This document shows, one piece after another, positions 13,757 through 27,168 of a stretch of 64,000 nucleotides of DNA (within the stretch, counting starts at the first letter, position 1; each line of letters opens with the position of its first letter). The notes under the pieces are model-generated. The model saw only the letters and a program-made list of their open reading frames with translations, searched no databases and was not told the origin of the DNA. The translations under genes were made by a program, and so were the position numbers. Location of the stretch: positions 1 through 64,000 of the forward strand of contig NW_021836155.1 of assembly GCF_006345805.1 (NCBI RefSeq). Reading direction: 5' to 3'. Origin of the DNA: Octopus sinensis (taxonomy: Eukaryota).

Positions 13757-14253
13757 TATTTCATTATGAATGTCCTGAGAACACCTCACAGCCTTGGATT
13801 TATTATCTCATTCAGTTTGATGTGTATGTGTGAGTGTGTATGCACGCACGTGTGTGTATGTGTGATATATGTATACAGACACATATATATATGTATGTAT
13901 GTGTGTGTGTGTAATATATGTATACATATATATATGATTGCATATTCAGTAATCTATCTATCTATTCATATGTATATAATATATGTATAAACACACATAT
14001 ATATATTTACATATACTTATATATGCACATATATATTTTTATATATTCATCTTATCTATATACACAAACACACTTGTATTCTGATATATACATATGTACA
14101 GACATAAATATTCACATATACACATGCAGATACATATATACACGCACAGATATATATTTCTCTCTATATATATGCATACATATATGTGTGCACATATGCA
14201 TATATATATATATATCTATACAAAAATATACACCCATATACATATATGTATAT

Positions 14254-14649
14254 AGGAGTGGCTGTGTGGTAAGTAGCTTGTTTACCAACCACATGGTTCC
14301 AGGTTCAGTCCCACTGCATGGCATCAAGGGCAACTGTCTTCTGCTATAGCCTTGGGCCAACCAATGCCTTGTGAGTGGATTTGGTAGACAGAAACTGAAA
14401 GAAGCCTGTCGGATATATATATGTATGTGTGTGTATGTTTGTGTGTCTGTGTTTGTCCTCCCAACATCGCTTGACAACCGATGCTGGTGTGTTTATATCC
14501 CCGTCACTTAGCGGTTCGGCAAAAAGAGACCGATAGAATAAGTACTGGGCTTACATAGAATAAGTCCCGGGGTCGAATTGCTCGATTAAAGGCGGTGCTC
14601 CAGCATGGTCACAGTCAAATGACTGAAACAAGTAAAAGAGTAAAAGAGT
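14254..14649 (+). mobile_element. SINE family A, full length
   Basis: All family motifs present. Confidence 0.9.
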
Positions 14650-14924
14650 ATATATATATGTGTGTGTGTGTGTGTGTATATATATATACATGTATATATA
14701 TAGTAGAAATAGGTTTCAAAAAAAAAGACTACACTTGGTATAAATATGTAAGTATATATGTATGCCTGCATGTATGTATGTATTTGTACTTACTTATATA
14801 CATACATACGTATATGCACACACGTTACGTGTTAATAGAAAAATATGCACAAACACCAAGATATATATACACACACAGTCATCTGTCTCCATCCATCTCT
14901 TCGACACAGAATGTAACTGGTCCC

Positions 14925-14995
14925 ACCAACCCCTTCCACCAACCCCTTCCAGCAACCCCTTCCACCAACCCCTTCCAGCAACCCCTTCCAGCCCC
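14925..14995. repeat. 12-13-bp tandem repeat caaccccttcca(g)
   Basis: Five direct copies. Confidence 0.85.
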
Positions 14996-15772
14996 CCACA
15001 CCAGAGTTATCGGCAAACCAAACTTCTTTGTATTGTATTAATATTCCAAGGACCCCGGCCAATCTGTGTGGTAGCCAGCAACGAAAGATGTTTAATTGAT
15101 GGGCGCTGAGACAGAGGAGACGAATGTGTATATAAGTGCAAGGAGACGAGGATGCGGAGGAAGCAAGCGGCGTGAGGTGAGATGAGGCTGGGGGGGGAGC
15201 AGGGAAGATGGGGGGGGCGCGGATGCTGCATAGCAATTAATAGGTGAAAGGCAACACGGTACCCAGTCGGAACAAATTGCTCGTTAGTTACTAAGAGTAA
15301 GACCTAATATATACGCATAAAAATTCTGAGCACATGCACGCACATGCACACGCGTGCATACTTAAGAAGTCAGAAAGACACGCACACACGAACCAGATGC
15401 AAATATATAAACATGCACATAAACACACGCGCACGGACACACAAACATGCATGCGGACAAAAACACATGCATACAAGGAGAGAGAGGTATAAATGAATAA
15501 ATACATATATATACACACACATATATACACATATATATACATACATATATACATCCACATATACATATATATGTTCATACGTATATATACATAAACATAA
15601 ATATATGTATATAACTATATATATATGCATGTAAGTGTGTATATATATATACACACACACATATACACATATATACACATACATATATACATCCACATTT
15701 ATATATATGTTCATACATATATATACATAAACATAAATATATGTATATAACTATATATATATGTGCATGTAA

Positions 15773-15810
<38 letters not shown>

Positions 15811-16120
15811 GCATACTTATATGTACATGTATATAAATATATATCTGTAAATGCACAAAAAGCCGCTCATAGTTCATACACACACAAATACGTGCGCATA
15901 CACACATATAAATGCAAATACATACAAATGAGATACAGAAACTCTTGAACACACACACATATACACACACACACACCTCATAATATTCATGAGACCACCA
16001 GAAATATTTATGTCTCGCTAAACTAATCAAACTCAAAACTGGTAATTAAAAGCAGGACTGCCACACTCCAAAACTGAATAAAATGCATGTGCACTCACAC
16101 ACACACACACACGCACACAC

Positions 16121-16159
<39 letters not shown>

Positions 16160-16320
16160 AAGAAAGAAAGAAAAATATAGCAATGCTGTTGAGACACTAA
16201 GCAAGTATTTATGCCGCCACTCAACTTGTTAGACCAAATATCTTTCAAATATACTTATTTCCTTTAAAAATACAAGATAGGATACATTTGGTAATGTAGT
16301 CTTTGGTACACTATTACAAG

Positions 16321-16768
16321 GGTGGCGAGCTGGCAGAATCGTTAGCACGCCGGGCAAAATGCGTAGCCGTATTTCGTCTGGCATTACGTTCTGAGTTCAA
16401 ATTCCGCCGAGGTCGACTTTACCTTTCATCCTTTTGGGGTCGATAAATTAAGTACCAGTTACGCACTGGGGTCGATATAACCGACTTAATCCGTTTGTCT
16501 GTCCTTGTTTGTCCCCTCTATGTTTAGCCCCTTGTGGGCAATAAAGAAATAAGAAATGTTAGCACGCCGGGCGAAATGCTTAGCGGTATTTCGTCTGCCA
16601 CTACGTTCTGAGTTCAAATTCCGCCGAGGTCGACTTTACCTTTCATCCTTTCGGAGTCGATAAATTAAGTACCAGTTACGCACTGGGGTCAATATAACCG
16701 ACTTAATCCGTTTGTCTGTCCTTGTTTGTCCCCTCTGTGTTTAGCTCCTTGTGGGTAGTAAACAAATA
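16321..16768 (+). mobile_element. SINE family B tandem dimer with a 16-bp flanking direct repeat
   Basis: Two head-to-tail copies; actattacaagggtgg at 16310-16325 and 16769-16784 (probable TSD). Confidence 0.85.
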
Positions 16769-16774
16769 ACTATT

Positions 16775-17055
16775 ACAAGGGTGGGCTGAAAAGTAATAGG
16801 CCGACTTTGAAGGAGTGATGCTAGAACTGTGAAATCTTGTATGTATTAATTTCAACCCGATTCTAATGAATAACTGAATCATTTCTTTCCAGGTAAACTG
16901 ACATCTGAGTGTTCAAAGACGACTTCAGGCATAACGAGTAGTGACGTCTCTTGAAAATGGACAAAATTTTACTTCATAGTGTTATTAAGTACCAACCCCT
17001 CCATGACATTCATGCTGACATGGTTGCTACACCAGGAGACGATGATCCAGCTTAA
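16775..17055 (+). mobile_element. Mariner 5' fragment
   Basis: TIR-like tacaagggtgggctgaaaagt; translation MDKI...VIKY...DIHADMVATPGDDDPA resembles a mariner transposase N-terminus. Confidence 0.65.
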
Positions 17056-17277
17056 ATATACTTACATATATGTGATTGTGTAGTTTTAGAATGACATTGT
17101 AGGGTATGTGTGAGAAGACAGATCTGGTCAGTTTGAAGATGAAACAGATAGAGTATTTGGGCCTGATGTGGCTGGATTAAATGCTAAAGGATTAACTCAT
17201 ATCACCCTAAAGAAAGGAAAGGAAAGGACTTTGGATAATGTGACCTGAAAAAGGACTTATGTCTGAATAAAATATAT

Positions 17278-17505
17278 TTCTTTATTGCCCACAAGGGGCT
17301 AAACATAGAGGGGACAAACAAGGACAGACAAAAGGATTAAGTTGATTACATCGACCCCAGTGTGAAACTGGTATTTAATTTATCGACCCCGAAAGGATGA
17401 AAGGCAAAGTCGACCTCGGCGGAATTTGAACTCAGAACATAACGGCAGACGAAATACGGCTACGCATCTCGCCCGGCGTGCTGACGTTTGTGCCAGCTCG
17501 CCACC
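17278..17505 (-). mobile_element. SINE family B
   Basis: Reverse complement of the family B consensus. Confidence 0.85.
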
Positions 17506-18149
17506 TTTTTTTATGTCTGAATAAAATAAAAATTAGGATGATCAGAGCAAGGGAACTTTTATGTGGTTCCTCAATGTGTTAGAAATAACAGTTAAATCGC
17601 TCTGAGATCACATCACCCTAACGAAAGGAAAGGACCTTAGGTAATGTAATCCAAAAAATGACATATGCCTGAATAAAAATAAATGAAATGATCAGGACGA
17701 GGGAACTCTTATGTGGTTGTTGCTTGAAATAGCAGCTAAATTTCTCTAAGATGATGCCATTCTAAGAAAGGAAAGGGCCTCAGGTACTGTGATCTAAAAA
17801 ATAGCCCATGTCTGGTTAAAAGATGAGATGGTCAACACTGAAATATCACTAATCACTGATCTGCTCTATCAAAGGTGATTTTTATGTAAATAACAACAGC
17901 AACAATAACAACAGAAGTAATTAGAGCACCTAACAGTACTTAATTGATCTGCTAGAAATAGCAGCCAAACTTCCCTTCACTGACAACTTAAAATCATGAA
18001 AAACAGGACATTTTGAATGATAATAGATTTCACAGCTGTCTCCACTAAAGACAGGATGGTACTGGTTGGATTGCCTTTGATCATAAGTCTACTCCATCAG
18101 AGCTGACCTAGGGCTATAAAATAACAGTTATAACAACAACAACTCTCTT

Positions 18150-18462
18150 ATTCTTTTATTTGCTTCAGTCATTTGACTACGGCCATGCTGGAGCACTGCC
18201 TTTAGTCAAGCAAAGCTGGGGGGACAAACAGAAATACAAACACACACACACACACACATACACACACACACACACACATACACATATATATATATATATA
18301 CGACGGGCTTCTTTCAGTTTCTGTCTACCAAATCCACTCACAAGGCTTTGGTTGGAACAAGGCTATAGTAGAAGACACTTGCCCAAGATGCCACGCAGTG
18401 GGACTGAACCCGGAATCATGTGGTTCGTAAACAAGCTACTTACCACTCAGCCACTTCTGCGC
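18150..18462 (-). mobile_element. SINE family A with internal deletion
   Basis: Head and tail present, part of the 3' body missing. Confidence 0.8.
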
Positions 18463-18539
18463 AACTTTTAGTTCATCACTTTTTGTTGTTATTGTTTGTT
18501 GTTGTTATAAAGGAAGATAGAAAAGGAAGATAGAAAGGT

Positions 18540-18669
18540 ATGAGTGTGGACGGAGAGTGAGAGGTAAGTGAGAGAGAGAGAAAGAGTAGGAGAGAGAGAG
18601 AGAGAGTAGGAGAGAGAGAAAAGGAGAGAGAGAGAGAAGGAGAGAGAGAGTAGGAGAGAGAGAGAGAAG

Positions 18670-18702
<33 letters not shown>

Positions 18703-18840
18703 AGAGAGAGAGAGAAGGAAAGAAAGAGGAGAGAGAGAGAGAGAGTAGAAGAGAGAGTAGGAGAGAGAGAGAAGGAAAGAAATAGGAGAGAGAGAGAGAG
18801 AGTAGAAGAGAGAGTAGGAGAGAGAGAGAAGGAGAGAGTG
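18540..18840. repeat. (GA)n polypurine tract
   Basis: Seen directly. Confidence 0.9.
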
Positions 18841-19320
18841 GGCATGAGAGGATGAGTTGGAAAAAGAAAGGACAGAGTGATTTTGTGCGTGTGTATATAT
18901 GCATGCTCATGTATATATGCATGTTCATTAGTACACACATATAAATATGTATATGAGGCATCACTATCATTGCCTTTGTTGTAATTAAATGTCAGAATTG
19001 GTAAAGTGCCAAACAAGATGTCCCATGGCCTTTCCCTTTTCCTTCTCAGGTTCTGAGTTCAATTTCCACAGGTGACCACCCTTTGCAATTTATCCTTTTT
19101 CTGGAAGGATAAGACTTAGCAGTCAAGAGATGGGGATGGCTATAATTGTCTATACGAAAGAACTGCATTTTTTTACGTCTCGCAGAATTCGTTCTGGCTT
19201 TTTACATTCAGAATTCAAAACCCCTGCCTCGGCCGACTTTGCCCTCCGTCCTCTCGGGTTCTGTACAATAAAGTACCAATCATGTAACTTGAATTTGCTG
19301 ACCTTTAGCTTAAATTAGAA

Positions 19321-19713
19321 ACAGGAGTGGCTGTGTGGTAGGTAGCTTGTTTACCAACCACATGGTTCCGGGTTCAGTCCCACTGCATGGCACCTTGGGC
19401 AAGTGTCTTCTACTATAGGCTCGGGCCGACCAATACCTTGTGAGTGGATTTGGTAGACGGAAACTGAAAGAAGCCCATCGTACATATATATATATGCGTG
19501 TGTCTGTGTTTGTCCCCCCAACATTGCTTAACAACTGATGCTGGTGTGTTTATGTCCCCGTTACTTAGCGGTTCGGCAAAAGAGACCGATAGAATAAGTA
19601 CTGGGCTTACAAAAGAATAAGTCCCGGGGTCGAGTTGCTCGATTAAAGCTGGTGCTCCAGCATGGCCGCAGTCAAATGACTGAAACAAGTAAAAGAGTAA
19701 AGAGTAAAGAGAG
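19321..19713 (+). mobile_element. SINE family A, full length
   Basis: All family motifs present. Confidence 0.9.
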
Positions 19714-19719
19714 AGTTAT

Positions 19720-20442
19720 CAATAATGAAACTGTTCTGCATACTCTCATTCAGTGTCTGGGCATTGCCGACTTGCAGGGTTATGTCGAACAGCTGCTGCC
19801 ATATGTGGGATGGATCCGTCTGTCAGTTGAGTCTGTAGTGATGATAGCACTACCACCCTCCTTCAATCAGGTAGGCAAGCAGTTTTCTTTTGCCTGATGG
19901 CTGTAGTAAAGAGGTTGTTTGGTGGACAAGGCTGAAAAGAATGAGGACAGATACATTCTTCTTTCGTAGAACGCTTATTGACTGCTTCAAGTTTCACTTG
20001 AAAAAGAGCGAAGTGCTGTCCCCGAGTGGGTTTATTGAAAGGTGGGTGAAAGGTGTAAAAATGGCAAGAGTGAATAGTACCTATCTAAGTGTAACCTATC
20101 CCGCTGAAAAAGTCCCTGAATAAGGGTTGTTTAAGGATGTTGAACAAAACACCCATGTTTCCAGAGGTGAATTATTCAAACTCCAAAGAATCCCTCTCAA
20201 AACATGGCTATGATGCTCCCCAACTACTTCTGCTCATGATCAGAGATGCACATATCGTCAGCCACTAAGGGACATGCTCAACTGGTTAAGGTCAAACAAC
20301 TGACAAGCAAATCTGTGGTATTGAGCAGAATATTTGCTGTAGCCCAACTTTTATACCAAGACAAAACAATGTACATGATAACACTTCCAATCAGTTAAGA
20401 TCAGAAGCTATGAAAGCCACTGCCTAGTACTGCATCAGGGCA

Positions 20443-20445
<3 letters not shown>
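19720..20445 (+). mobile_element. Tx1/L1-like LINE 3' fragment (ORF2 C-terminus plus probable 3'UTR)
   Basis: ETVLHTLIQC (second half of a CCHC knuckle)...KEVVWWTRLK...FIERW, frameshifted; ends in (TTA)n; the UTR assignment is inference. Confidence 0.6.
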
Positions 20446-20475
<30 letters not shown>

Positions 20476-20477
<2 letters not shown>

Positions 20478-21695
20478 TATGTTTGACTTTTGCTTTATAT
20501 TTGTACAAGTTGGCTCCAAGTCTCACCCAGAGACCTCAAGAGACAACAGGTTGGAAGTTCATGTTGTTGTTATGCCTAGTGTTTTGTATTTAGTGTTGTA
20601 CTAGTGAATGTCTAAAAAAAAAAAACATACGAGAATTATGTTTGTTTTAAAACTTGAGATTACATAGGAAGTATTTTGCGTAGGATATGAGCAGTTCCCA
20701 TGAGCACTATCTTTTGAATTTCTGCTATTTTGGGGTTTCCTGGTATCTGAGTTAGGTAGCAATCAGCCCCTTTTGCTATCATTCCCAGGGCACCTATGAT
20801 GACAGGTATTGTTTTAGTCTTCAGGTTCCACATTTTGCTGATTTCTATTTCAAGATCTTTATATTTGCTCAGTTTCTGGTAGGTCTTGACAGATACGTTT
20901 ATATCGATTTGGACAGTCATATCAATGAGGAGGCATGTTCTTTGTCTGAATATGATGTCTGGCCTATTTGCATCTATCTTTCTGTCAGTTTGAATGGTGA
21001 AGTTCCAGAGGAGTGAGATGTGGTCATTTTCAAGCACTGGAGGTGGTTTGTGTTCCCACCAGTTTTTTTTCATGGGGCAAATCCAGGTTTTTGCAAATTA
21101 CCCAGTGAATATATTGTGCAGCTCTATCATGCCTGTTGAGATATTCTGTAGGCGCTAGAAGACTGCACTTGGAGACAACATGATCAATGGTTTCATTTTG
21201 TTGTTGACATACACGACATGTTGGGCTACTGCCATTCTTTAATATATTGACCTGGTAGTTCCTTGTTGGTAGGCATTGATCTTGAGCTGCTATGATAAAC
21301 CCTTCTGTTTCAGATTTTAAGTCAGAGGCCATTAGCCATTGATGGCTCAGGGTTTTGTCAACATCTGCATTATTTGCTCTCTTTGGGTATTTGCCATAGA
21401 GAGGTTTTTCTTGCCATTTATCATTCAGAATATCTAAGGCTGCAGATTTAGCACGGGTTTTCATGCGCTTAGCTTTTTCTGTGCCTGTTTCTTGTATGTC
21501 TATCTCTAATTCCGAAATTTGTTGTATTCGGAATTCACTTAGATATTCCTTTGCCTGTTTTGTTACTGAGTATGATACTTTCTTGTTTTCATGTTTTGAG
21601 ACAAGTTTTAACATCCAGTCCTCAGAGTTTTTCAGGTAGGTGTCTAGGCCAATTGTAGCAATCTTCATTGTTATTGCTAGTTGTAAAAGTCCTAT
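20476..21695 (-). mobile_element. R4/Dong-like (restriction-like endonuclease) non-LTR retrotransposon 3' fragment
   Basis: KPLYGKY..ETEGFIIAAQDQ..CRVC..ETIDHVVSKC..YLNRHD (CCHC) and NRPDII..LIDM..KLSKYKDL..PVIIGALG (PD-(D/E)xK); frameshift near 21065; (TAA)n on both flanks. Confidence 0.88.
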
Positions 21696-21703
21696 AATTA
21701 TTA

Positions 21704-21734
<31 letters not shown>

Positions 21735-21744
21735 TATTATTGGT

Positions 21745-22700
21745 TGTGAAGTGGATTCCATCAATGTTTTATCACTTTTGTTTGAGTCAAATTTTGCTTT
21801 TATCAACAATTACTTGAAGAATGTTTTTAGTGGCTTTTTACTTTGAGCAATTGTACAATCACTAATTAGATTATTTTAGTTCATGACTTTGTCTGGCAAT
21901 AGGCAAGTTTGATTTGGTGACATTAAAAGTATTTTGCGAACACAGATTGTTTCACTGCAAAAGGTTTGATATTCTGGACTTGTGTTCCAAATGTAATGAT
22001 AATTGGTAAATTATATGGTACATACTGATTAGAATATCAACAAAAACCAGACAAGCATTAATTTCAAATGCAAATATAAACTGTAAAAGCAAAAACCTGA
22101 TCAAGTGTATCAAAAGCCTGAGTTGTGAAGAAAATGTATATATTGGCCAGACTGGAAATTCATTATTAGAATGTATATGAATACAACAGCAGCAAATCTG
22201 GGACAGAAACGTCCATCAGATCCCATTAAATAATCATTTAGAAACATGTAGTAAGAAAATGGTTTTAATATTCCCACTTTAAAAACTTTACAACTGAAGC
22301 AAAGTTAAAAGAAAAATAGACAAGAATTTTACTGAGAAGCTTAAACACTTTCTGAATGGAAAATAATAAAAAGAAGAGCATCAATATTGATTTGAATTTA
22401 ATTTTACTCAAAGCACTTTAGTAATTTGACAGTATTATTAATGTGAAATGTCTTTTGATCACTTAAAATATTTCTATGGATAAGCATGATCAATGTCAAC
22501 TGTATGACAGTGTTCAACAAACTGTTATGATTTAAAGGAAAACTTTGGATGTTTCACAACAGTTATCAAATATGAAGCACATCAACTGTTTGTTAATGCT
22601 TCTGCTACATAAATGTTTACCTGAAGATTGTGAACAACAAGAAAATATGCTGCTTTTCTTTGCAAGATTAGATATTTTACTTTGTTGCTTCATTAAAATT
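21745..22700. mobile_element. Penelope-like element remnant: GIY-YIG on + (about 22040-22360), probable inverted linker on - (about 21745-21900), degenerate HHR-like core near 22621
   Basis: + frame from 22061: ISNANINCKSKNLIKCIKSLSCEENVYIGQTGNSLLECI*IQQQQIWDRNVHQIPLNNHLETC (YIGQTG at 22139-22156); - strand LLIKAKF; ctgaaga-ttgt..acaa-gaaa. Confidence 0.8.
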
Positions 22701-22739
22701 TAAGAGCATTTGTAATATTATTATTATTGTAATATATAA

Positions 22740-23012
22740 TGAGGCAGTGAAACATTAGCATGCAGGGCAAAATGCTTGGCGGTATTTGGTCTGCCGCTAC
22801 GTTTTGAGTTCGAATTCCGCCGGGGTGGACTTTGCTTTTCATCCTTTCGGGGTCAATTAAATAAGTACCAGTTACGCACTGGAGTCAATATAATCGACTT
22901 AATCGATTTGTCTGTCCTTGCTTGTCCTCTCAGTTGTGTACTGGGGTCAATCTAATCGACTGCTCCTCCCCCTCAACCTCAAAATTTCACGCCTTGTGCC
23001 TAGAGTAGAAAA
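22740..23012 (+). mobile_element. SINE family B
   Basis: Family motifs. Confidence 0.8.
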
Positions 23013-23106
23013 GACTATTGCAATATGTAATGCTGTAAAATTGTAAAAATACAAAAATAAAATGAGAAAATCAGATAATTTTGTAATTTGACTAATATGC
23101 TTCAGT

Positions 23107-23490
23107 TTGGCTGTGTGGTAAGAAGTTTGATTCCAAACCATATGGTCCCAGGTTCACTTCCCATGTGTGGCACCATGGGCAAGTGTCTTCAACTACAGCC
23201 CCAGGTCAAGCAAAGCCTTGTGAGAGGATTTGGTAAACCGAAACCAAAAGAAACCTATTGTATGTGTGTGTGTCTTTGTGTCTGTGTTTGTCCCCCACCA
23301 CTGCATGACAACCGATGTTGGTGTGTTTATGTCCCTGTAACTTAGTGCTTCAGCAAAAGAGACTGATAAAATAAATAGGAGGCTTATAGAGAAAAATAAG
23401 TACCGGGGTTCATTAGTTTGATGAAAATTCTTCAAGGCAGTGCTCCAACATGGCCACAGTATAATGACTGAAACAAGTAAAAGATAAAAG
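23107..23490 (+). mobile_element. SINE family A, old diverged copy
   Basis: Degenerate head, body and tail. Confidence 0.75.
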
Positions 23491-23983
23491 AAACCCTGGA
23501 CTCTGTGTGCATGCATGCATGTGTGTGTGTAACTGTTTGTCTGTCTGTGTGTCTGTCTGTGCACCCTTGTCATTAGATTACATGATGGTTGCAAACATGC
23601 ATCTCTTTTTATACAATTGACGTCATTCATTTCCAGTCTTCTAAGAAAAACACATCTGTCTGGCCACTGGGAAATAGTGCCCTGCCTTGCTTACAGACGA
23701 GAGTTGGTGACAGCAAGGCCATCCAGCCGTAGAAAATCTGCCCTTAACGAATTCCATTTGATCCATGCAAGCATGGAAAAGTGGACATCAATTGAAGATG
23801 ACAAGAACGAAGATGAAAGGGTCACACAGCACTGGCTTTCCCCGCGAGCTTCAAATGCTGTCCAGCCATGCCTATCTGGGGACAAGTATTTTTAAAACAA
23901 CACCTTGGACTGGGTAGAAAATAAATATATCACAAAAACACAAAATAAAACAATTTTGATCTTGTCTTATTACATAATCTGTA

Positions 23984-24413
23984 CAGGTGTAGGAGTGGCT
24001 GTGTGGTAAGTAGCTTGCTTACGAACCACATGGTTCTGGGTTCAGTCCCACTGTGCGGCACCTTGGGCAAGTGTCTTCTACTATAACCTCGGGCCGACCA
24101 AAGCCTTGTGAGTGGATTTGGTAGACGGAAACTGAAAGAAGCCTGTCGTATATATGTATATATATATATATATATATATAAGTGTGTGTATATATGTTTG
24201 TGTGTCTGTGTTTGTCCCCCTACCATTGCTTGACAACCGATGCTGGTGCGTTACATCCCCGTAACTTAGCGGTTCGGCAAAAGAGACCGATAGAATAAGT
24301 ACTGGGCTTACAAAGAATAAGTCCTGGGGTTGATTTGCTCGACTAAAGGCGGTGCTCCAGCATGGCCGCAGTCAAATGACTGAAACAAGTAAAAGAGTAA
24401 AAGATTAAAGAGT
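23984..24413 (+). mobile_element. SINE family A, full length
   Basis: All family motifs present. Confidence 0.9.
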
Positions 24414-24804
24414 ATATGTAATACGGCCACGATATCTTGCTAGTGAAAATATAACGCAAACTTGTAATTTATTGCTTTCTATGCAGACTCGCTTAATTGT
24501 GTGGGAATTTCAATCACTAAAGCTATGCAATTAAACAGAATAGATTGTATAATTACTATTAGAGTTGAAGAATCAGTAAAGGGCCAGATGAAATAGGCTT
24601 TAGTGTTGAGTTATGTCTCTTTGTGAACTAAGTTCAGCTCCAACAGCAACAGCTCAACCCAAGACCATTAATCCCTAGGTCGGCTTTGCCTTCTAGTCTT
24701 CTTTTCATATCATCTTCCTCGCCCACTTATTCACACAAGAGGGTCACAGAGAGAAGAGTCCATAATTATCCCTTCTATTGAGTCCTGTCAGAAGTAACCC
24801 TCTC

Positions 24805-25222
24805 AGGCAGCAAGCTGGCAGAAACGTTAGCACACCGGGCAAAATGCTTAGCGGTATTTTGTCTGCCGCTACGTTCTGAGTTCAAATTCTGCCAAGGTCG
24901 ACTTTGCCTTTCATCCTTTTGGGGTCGATAAATTAAGTACCAGTTACACACTGGGTCGATGTAATCGACTTAATACCTATGTCTGTCCTTGTTTGTCCCC
25001 TCTGTGTTTATCCCCTTGTGGGTAATAAAGAAATAGGTATTTTGTCTGCCGCTACGTTCTGAGTTCAAATTCTGCCAAGGTCGACTTTGCCTTTCATCCT
25101 TTTGGGGGTCGATAAATTAAGTACCAGTTACGCACTGGGGTCGATGTAATTGACTTAATCTCTTTGTCTGTCCTTGTTTGTCCCCTCTATGTTTAGCCCC
25201 TTGTGGGCAATAAAGAAATAAG
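24805..25222 (+). mobile_element. SINE family B partial tandem dimer
   Basis: Second copy restarts at ggtattttgtctgcc. Confidence 0.85.
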
Positions 25223-25714
25223 AAGTAAACCTCTCTGATTAATCCAGCTGGATTCCCAAGTGAGAATAAGTAAACTCGTGGACATTATCCAACCATCTTG
25301 CTTGTGGTCTACCCCTTGGGTCCCCTGTTGGTTAGTCATTGCCAGTAAAACATGACCAACAATTTTTTTCCGCCTGAGACATTCTTATCATACATGAAAC
25401 ATTTCATAATATAAAGCTTTGAGACTGACTGCATTGAAATGGAATAATTATCAAATATACCACAACACTCTTGTCTTCATGTACAGTTTTTCCATGCTTG
25501 CATGGGTCAGGGAGCATTTGGTGAGATATATTTCCTACAGCCAGATGCCCATCTTGTCACCAAGTCTCACCTGTATTCAAGTTAGGTAATATTTCCCCAT
25601 GACCAGACATGTTTTCGTGGAAGACTGGAAGCAAAAGCACCGCTTGCATGATGGGGACACTCATCTACAGCTATCGGACAAGGTCGTTACAAGGAGACAG
25701 TGATGCATACACAT

Positions 25715-25759
<45 letters not shown>

Positions 25760-25805
25760 GATAGATACATATGACAAGGCCTTTTTTGATTTTCAACCAC
25801 CATAT

Positions 25806-26214
25806 AGGTGCAGGAGTGGCTGAGTGGTAAGTAGCTTGTTTACCAACCACATGGTTCCGGGTTCAGTCCCACTGCGTGGCACCTTGGGCAAGTGTCTTCT
25901 ACTATAGCCTCGGGCCGACCAAAGCCTTGTGAGTGGATTTGGTAGACGGAAACTGAAAGAAGCCCGTCGTATATATGTATGTATATATATGTATGTGTGT
26001 GTGTTTGTGTGTCTGTGTTTGTCCCCCTAGCATTGCATGACAACCGGTGCTGGTGTGTTTATGTCCCCGTCACTTAGCAGTTCGGCAAAAGAGACCGATA
26101 GAATAAGTACTGGGCTTACAAAGAATAAGTCCCGGGGTCGAGTTGCTCGATTAAAGGCGGTGCTCCAGCATGGCCGCAGTCAAATGACTGAAACAAGTAA
26201 AAGAGTAAAAGAGT
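25806..26214 (+). mobile_element. SINE family A, full length, near consensus
   Basis: All family motifs present. Confidence 0.9.
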
Positions 26215-26372
26215 ATATCCACTCGCAAGGCTTTGATTGGCCTAGATCTATTATAGGAAGCCACTTGCCTAAGGTGTTCCACATTGGAACTGAATCTAAA
26301 ACCACATGGTTAAACAGTAAACTTCTTACCACACATCTACGCTTACACTATATATATATGTATATGTGTGTA

Positions 26373-26409
<37 letters not shown>

Positions 26410-26433
26410 ATGATGATGATGATGGTGTTGATG

Positions 26434-26583
26434 ATAATTGCTAAAGAAGACAGAAAAAACATTAAGGCAAGGCAAATATCTCAAGTCGTATGCAATATTA
26501 TTATAGGAAGAAATAATAATATTGTATACGACTTAAGATGTTTGCCTTGTCTTAATGTTTTTTCTGTCTTCTTTAGCAATTAT
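26434..26583. repeat. 71-bp-arm hairpin with 8-nt loop
   Basis: 26434-26504 vs 26513-26583 are reverse complements with 4 differences. Confidence 0.9.
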
Positions 26584-26988
26584 ACATCATCCGCTGCATC
26601 GGAAATCTGCAGTGGCTTCATAACCATCGTCTCGGCTATAATCTTGGAGCTCTTGTAATCCGTTACAGCACTTACCTAGTGCACCTAATCGCTTAAATCA
26701 CCCGTGAATTAAATCCCCATATTTTGTGTATGTATGTGTATATATATATATAATATATATATATATATTATATATATATATATAATAAATATTAGGGAAT
26801 AAATCCAAACTTACAGGCAAAAATCAGATTTAGGATTGAATCCAATTTTATAGTAAAATATTATATTATATTAAATTAGAGACAAAACCACTATTAGGCA
26901 AATCAAACAATGAAAGACTTAAGCCAATACATATGATTAATTTATATTATTTAAATATGTAACAATTATTAAAAAATATAATTAATAT

Positions 26989-27051
26989 CTACTACGATCG
27001 TTTCCTGCCTGCTGTCATCAAATTTTCGAGTCGCAGTCATTCATCAGGTGG
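26989..27051 (-). ncRNA. Hammerhead ribozyme motif
   Basis: ccac-CTGATGA-atgactgc..gcaggcag-GAAAC-gatc-GTA-gtag; palindromic stem III ACGATCGT. Confidence 0.7.
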
Positions 27052-27106
27052 TTTCAAAATTTTCTTGGCGTTCATTGTTTAAAACTCGCCAAGAAAAATT
27101 TTGAAA

Positions 27107-27168
27107 CCACCTGATGAATGACTGCGACTCAAAATTTGATGACAGCAGGCAGGAAACGATTGTAGTGG
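27107..27168 (+). ncRNA. Hammerhead ribozyme motif
   Basis: ccac-CTGATGA-..-GAAAC-gatt-GTA-gtgg; stem I ccac/gtgg perfect, stem II imperfect. Confidence 0.7.
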
